DNA of 54,716 bases, the filler included, from Catajapyx aquilonaris (taxonomy: Eukaryota): assembly GCA_000934665.2 (NCBI GenBank). It is 2 parts of 2 records of this genome, joined end to end, with 100 filler letters (N's around TTAATTAATTAA, not from the genome) between each part and the next. Parts side by side here need not be neighbours in the genome. Positions count along the whole stretch, not along the records: positions 27,413 to 54,716 come from KZ539281.1; 1 more part is not named here. The stretch is one strand, 5' to 3'. Numbering within the stretch: the stretch's first letter is position 1; the number at the start of each line of letters is the position of its first letter. Position numbers and translations under genes: made by a program. Under the pieces are notes generated by a model, which searched no databases, was not told the origin of the DNA, and worked only from the letters and a program-made list of their open reading frames with translations. This document shows, one piece after another, positions 49,690 to 54,716 of the stretch.

Positions 49690-51076
49690 ATGTCTGCAGT
49701 TCAACGGGTGTTGAAGTTCACCGGACACTGCCTGCTGCCACTCCAGGGCACCGCAGCAAGACGGATAAGCACTGCCAATGTAAATTAAATAAATTATTCG
49801 CATACATTATAACGTGCATGGTAATACATTTGACATTGAAAGGCTTCAAGGTCGTTTACATGTTACGGTTCACTTGACATGTTCAGTCGCAACGTACAGA
49901 TTACAGAAGACGACTGATGCGAATCGTATGATGAAAAATATTTTGCAATTGTTGCGCTTGCAATTTTACAGAAGTACATTCCACGCCGGGCTGTACTGTA
50001 TGTCCCTGGAAATGATGAGAGGAAGCTGCGGAAGATCCCGGGGCTCAGGGCGGACTGCATTGTTTTGGACTGCGAGGATGGTGTGGCGCTCAATAGAAAG
50101 GTGACAGCACGCTGAGCTCCGGCAATTAATTCTGAAGCATTAAATATTTTATGAACGTCTCGCAGGCGGAAGCCCGAAAGACAATCCGTGACGTCCTGTC
50201 ATCTGGATTGATCAACTTTGGGCGATCCGACTGTTCTGTACGATTCAATTCTGTGGACAGCGGTCTGTGCGAGGAAGACATGAAGGTCATTCTCACAGGC
50301 GATAAGCTTCCGGCGACCATTCTCTTACCGAAAGTGGAGTCTCCAGAAAATGTCCAGTGGGTATGACTATTGGTCTTGTAAAATTACAATGTATATTTTC
50401 AATATCCGAAATCTAGTTTGCAGAGAGGCTGCGTAACATAGTGCCCAGCGATTCCAAGGTCAGCTTCCGCCTGGTGATGTACATCGAATCGGCAAGATCG
50501 ATGCTGAACCTTCCTGCCATTTGCCAGAAAGCGGTTGAGATGAGTTCATCTTCTCCATTTATTCCCGACGGACTCATAATAGGTTCAGATGATCTGCTGG
50601 CCGACATTGGTGCTACGAGATCCAACGAGGCTCGAGAACTAATTTACGCCAGGCAGTACTTTGTCATGGTGGCCAAAGCGTTTCGGTTGCAAGCCATAGA
50701 TCTGGTGTACATTGACTACAAAGGCAGGTGTAGCCGAGACCCAATTTTTTTTATTGAACTTGTGTGTTTGTGCTCACTGTAATCGCAAACTTTACACACA
50801 GATCTGGATGGCCTGAAGCGGCAGTCTGTGGAAGGAGCGCATTTTGGATTCACCGGAAAGCAAGTGATACATCCCGGGCAGGTTCCGGTGGTCCAGGAAT
50901 CGTACACGCCTAGTACCGAGAAAGTGGAGTGGGCCAGGCAGCTAATCGACGCCTTTGAGCAACATCAGCAGTCAGGAAAAGGCGCTTTCACATTCCGGGG
51001 TCACATGATTGACATGCCCTCAGTTCTTCAAGCCAAGAATGTCGTTGACATGATGGAAGCTCTTGGAAATGCATGA
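49690..51076 (+). CDS. CLYBL: Citramalyl-CoA lyase / citrate lyase beta-like, mitochondrial, 5 exons, ~331 aa
   Basis: Exons 49690-49779, 49972-50100, 50166-50360, 50417-50723, 50802-51076. Motifs YIPRRAVLYVPGND, LDCEDGVA, LPKVES, QAIDLVYIDY, GFTGKQVIHPGQV, GKGAFTFRGHMIDMP. Confidence 0.96.
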
Positions 51077-51632
51077 ATTAAATAGAATAATTACTCTTCC
51101 AGGCACTGTGCCAAGAAAATGTATATCAATTGAAATTATGTAATAATCTATGTAAAAAAAATAATAATGATAATCTGAGATGATTATGTGTGGCTTTTAT
51201 TAGTGATATTCGAGCCTTGAGAAAGCATATGATCAGCCACTTGAAAAGTGAGTTAGTCAAGTGTTGACTTGAGCAAATCAGTCTGAGTGTGATAAGATTT
51301 ATCATTTTTGGGTTTGCGTGACTCTTGCATCACACATTCTGATAATATTTCCAAGCTAATGTTGGAGAATAAAATGCACAGTAGACGTTCCATACATCTG
51401 AGGTGGAATTTACAGGAAGGAAATGTCATACCACAAACATCTGTCCTATCATGCTGGATATTATAACGGAATTATAATTCCTCACTAGAGAGGCATGCCT
51501 TCGAGGAATTATTTGTTTGATAGCTGCAGATAACATGGCTATTTTTTATGAGAAACAATGAGCTGGAATTTCAAGCATGTGGCACCAAAGCTGCTGACGC
51601 TGGTGCTTACTTGTAGATCAAAATACACATCA

Positions 51633-51703
51633 ACGCCTCAGGATTATATTGTCGTATGTCCACGTTTTAACAATGGACATACGACAATATAATCCTTAGG
51701 CGT
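51633..51703. other. Near-perfect 30-bp hairpin
   Basis: acgcctcaggattatattgtcgtatgtcca / tggacatacgacaatataatccttaggcgt, one mismatch, 11-nt loop. Confidence 0.85.
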
Positions 51704-51776
51704 CGACATGTCAATGAGTGGTGAACATTCCTAAATTTCCTAAATTTTCACATGTACTGTACTACCCACATGAGTA

Positions 51777-52345
51777 CAGTTGAATCCGGATATAACAGCC
51801 TCGGCTATAACAGACTTTCAGTTATAACAGGCTCAAAAGGCCAGTCATGGCATACTTCCATAGACCCTGTGTATTTTTACTCCTGATGTAACAGACTAAT
51901 TTTCACCTCACCTCTGGTTTAACAGATCATTTTTTTGGCCCCTTGGTGGAAATTATTATGTTTCCGATTACTCATATTCCTTTTCCATGCAAGGAAAGCA
52001 CTGACGTCTGGAGAGGGAGTGATTTTCCTACCTGTCACTGTTCTAACATCTGCATAAAATGTTACAATCATACTTTTTCTGATATATTTGGCAACACGGA
52101 GATGGCAGAAGAAAATTACTGATTTTTTTGCTCCTGAATAATTTATACGTGAGACAAGTTCGCATTTTTGTGTATACTTTCATTAATCAGTATGCAGTAG
52201 TGTGCATTACTAGCATACTGAAAGCAGGAAACCTTGCGTATTCGTTGCATGCAAAAGTGATGATTTTTGGATATACATAACAGACCTCGGCTATAACAGA
52301 CATTTTTCTGCTACCGTTGAAGTTTGTTATATCCAGATTCAACTG
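51777..52345. mobile_element. pogo/Tigger-type MITE (~570 bp)
   Basis: TA|CAGTTGAATCCGGATATAAC ... GTTATATCCAGATTCAACTG|TA, with repeated TATAACAG subterminal motifs. Confidence 0.88.
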
Positions 52346-53065
52346 TACAAGCAATGAAGACAGTAAACTCCATTTGCAGAAATTCCACTTTTCTCAAGAG
52401 GAAAAAGAAACTACATTTTCACCACCACCACAACCTTCCTGTTTATTACCACAAGATAAGATTAAAACTTTTTTCGACCCATGACTAATATTATTTGCAC
52501 TTGTCATAAGGAAAAGTCACATATACAGTAAGTACATATACATATTTTGAAAATTATTCTGATAACTTATTTCTCCTGCCAAAGTTGCTTTCCATTTCTC
52601 TATACAAAATGTGTTTACTACCGGTATGAATAGCCGGACAATTAATACAGAAATAACTTGCAGTTACAGGTCTTTTGCTTCATTATGCTGCATTCTTTTT
52701 AATTGACATATTTCATGGGTCCCAGATCAAACACAGCCCATTTATTTTGGGGAGTCTAACATAAGTACATGAGAACATGCCGCAATGTAGTTTAATGTTG
52801 TTCGGTATTAATTGCACATTTGTATATGTAGCTGAACTTCGGCAACATATGGACGTAAAAATAAGATTCAAAATTATTGTACCAGTGAAAGACCAATCAT
52901 CAGTTTTTGCTCATTACATGACCTGTTTTTCGTCTCCCATCAAGTGGACTTGGCAGTTTTTTTTAAATCTCACAAGTCAGACCCTGGATTTTCTGTTATT
53001 TGTATTTATATAATACTTTATATTCATACTTGTGTATTTATATTTAATATTGTTCAATGACATTT

Positions 53066-53136
53066 TATATTTTATTCATCAATATCTATATTTTATTCAT
53101 CAATATTTATATTTTATTCATCAATATTTATATTTT
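53066..53136. repeat. 21-bp AT-rich tandem repeat x ~3
   Basis: tatattttattcatcaatat(c/t) repeated. Confidence 0.85.
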
Positions 53137-53324
53137 AAGAGTATATATTATTTGTTCTTTATTTTTATTATTATTTTTATCAATACAGTACCTGGATTTA
53201 ATATTTTTGTTTGTTATTAATAGCATTTTATATTTGGTTATTTGGTAGTGTTTTATATTTATGCTTATTTATTAGTATTGTGGTATTGTATATCAAATTA
53301 TTGTTGAATAATGACAGGCACTAC

Positions 53325-53675
53325 CACGGGCGTAGGTATAGATTTTCAATGGGGGGGGTTAAAAACAGGAGTACAATAACACGGCCGGTACATCGGACAT
53401 TGCCGGGGCCCAGGGGCGGATCCAGGATTTTTTTCTGGGAGGGGCCCAAGGGAACTTCTCGGGGGGGGGGGGGGGGGNNNNNNNNNNNNNNNNNNNNNNN
53501 NNNNNNNNNNNNNNNNNNNNNNNNNNNNNNNNNNNNNNNNNNNNNNNNNNNNNNNNNNNNNNNNNNNNNNNNNNNNNNNNNNNNNNNNNNNNNNNNNNNN
53601 NNNNNNNNNNNNNNNNNNNNNNNAGGGGGGGGGGGGGGTTTGAACCCCCAAAACCCCCCCTTACCTACGCCCATG
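53325..53675. mobile_element. hAT-type element with a second hAT MITE nested at 53411 (interior partly gap)
   Basis: TIRs CACGGGCGTAGGTA / TACCTACGCCCATG. 8-bp TSD ggcactac on both sides. Internal caggggcggatccagga... matches the left end of the 6892 element. Confidence 0.82.
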
Positions 53676-54209
53676 GGCACTACTGCATTTACAACTGAAG
53701 CTGTAAATGCAGGCAGTAGCAATTAGGAAACAGTTCAATGTGCACGAGTCCTTCAATTTTTTTTTTGCTTTGCAATTTTTTTTCCTTCCTTTTTCATCCC
53801 AGGAAGGGCCACCTGACCCATTTCATCAACTTCATTGCCACCTCTTTCAAGCCAACAATTATTATTCGACACCTCCCGACTCCTCCCAAGCTCATTCATT
53901 CCCGGATCCTCGCTCAATCCTAGCTATGTGCAAACAACAAAAACCAACTGCTATCTACTTTTAAAAGAATTTCAGCGATAAGAACAACAGTTATCCCGGC
54001 ATGATGTCCCCTTGACGTCATCAGGCCCGCAAAAACATTTTTCAAAAAATTCCGCCCCGCAAAAATAATATTCTAGGTCACAATCGCCACGGGTCGATGT
54101 ACCGCCCGCTCCCATTGGCCCGACACCGTGGCCATCCCCCATTGGCCAATCACTGGGTGTGTGTGTGGCCCACTGCGCGCGCATGCCGGTCTCCAAGGAA
54201 AAAAAAAAA

Positions 54210-54716
54210 AAGTAGCTACAAACCCCATCATTAGCTACAAGCTGCTTTGTGTCATTCAAAGCAGCATCTTCTACAAGTTAATATTAGCTACAACTTGCAT
54301 TGTCCCGCTTCGAAGCAGCAGCTACAAGTTGCATTGTGTCAATTCGAAGAAGGAGCTACAAGCTGCATTGTTGTCATTCGAATAAGCAGCTACTAGTAAA
54401 CTAGTTGCAATATTGTTGGCATTCGAAGAAGCAGCTACAAGTTGCATTGTGCGGTTCAAAAATATTAGCTACAAGCTGTATCGCGTGGTACAGAAATATT
54501 AGAGCTACGAGTTGCATTGTGCTGTTCACAAATTCCAGCTACAAGCTGCATAGTGTCAAAAAATATTAGCTACAAGCTGCAATTCGTGGACTGGAAATGG
54601 CTACTTCACTTTTAAGCAATGGCTATATTAGCTACAAGCTGCAAAGTCGTGGACCGGAAATGGCTACTTCACTTTTAAGCAATGGCTATTATTAGCTACA
54701 AGCTGCAATTTCGTGG
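54210..54716. repeat. Tandem array of ~35-37-bp units around AGCTACAAG(C/T)TGCA, running off the window end
   Basis: Repeated (tatt/gc)agctacaagytgcattgtg... units, switching to a longer variant near the end. Confidence 0.88.

Noticed and set aside
1..54716. tRNA, rRNA, snRNA or transposase/RT coding sequence
   Set aside because: None recognisable by eye; a covariance-model search would be needed to exclude small RNAs.

Overview
Eukaryotic animal genomic DNA, most likely an invertebrate or arthropod, with spliced genes, mostly ~55-80 nt introns and several assembly gaps. The left ~29 kb is a single developmental locus, Six3/6 (Optix) on the minus strand. It has a ~23 kb intron containing enhancer-like islands and MITEs, and its exon 2 runs off the window start. 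A CpG-rich 11/66-bp satellite follows. Next comes a dense cluster: classical SDR (-), CstF-64 (-), MPC1 (+), mitochondrial MnSOD/SOD2 (+), a CCDC83/DUF4515-like coiled-coil gene (-), WTAP/fl(2)d (-) and CLYBL (+). More MITEs and a tandem array close the window. Most interesting observations: (1) the two ends of the 6.3-kb WTAP intron, at the position known to be autoregulated in mammals, carry several collinear complementary segments that could form a long-range RNA bridge or swap to two local hairpins; (2) Six3 has a ~256-codon in-frame, stop-free leader with no AUG in any frame over ~790 nt, suggesting a non-AUG N-terminal extension; (3) plus-strand exon-like segments lie antisense in the Six3 intron; (4) the MPC1-SOD2-WTAP linkage echoes human 6q25-27; (5) CLYBL has a GC-AG intron. 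All gene models were built by eye and no searches were run.
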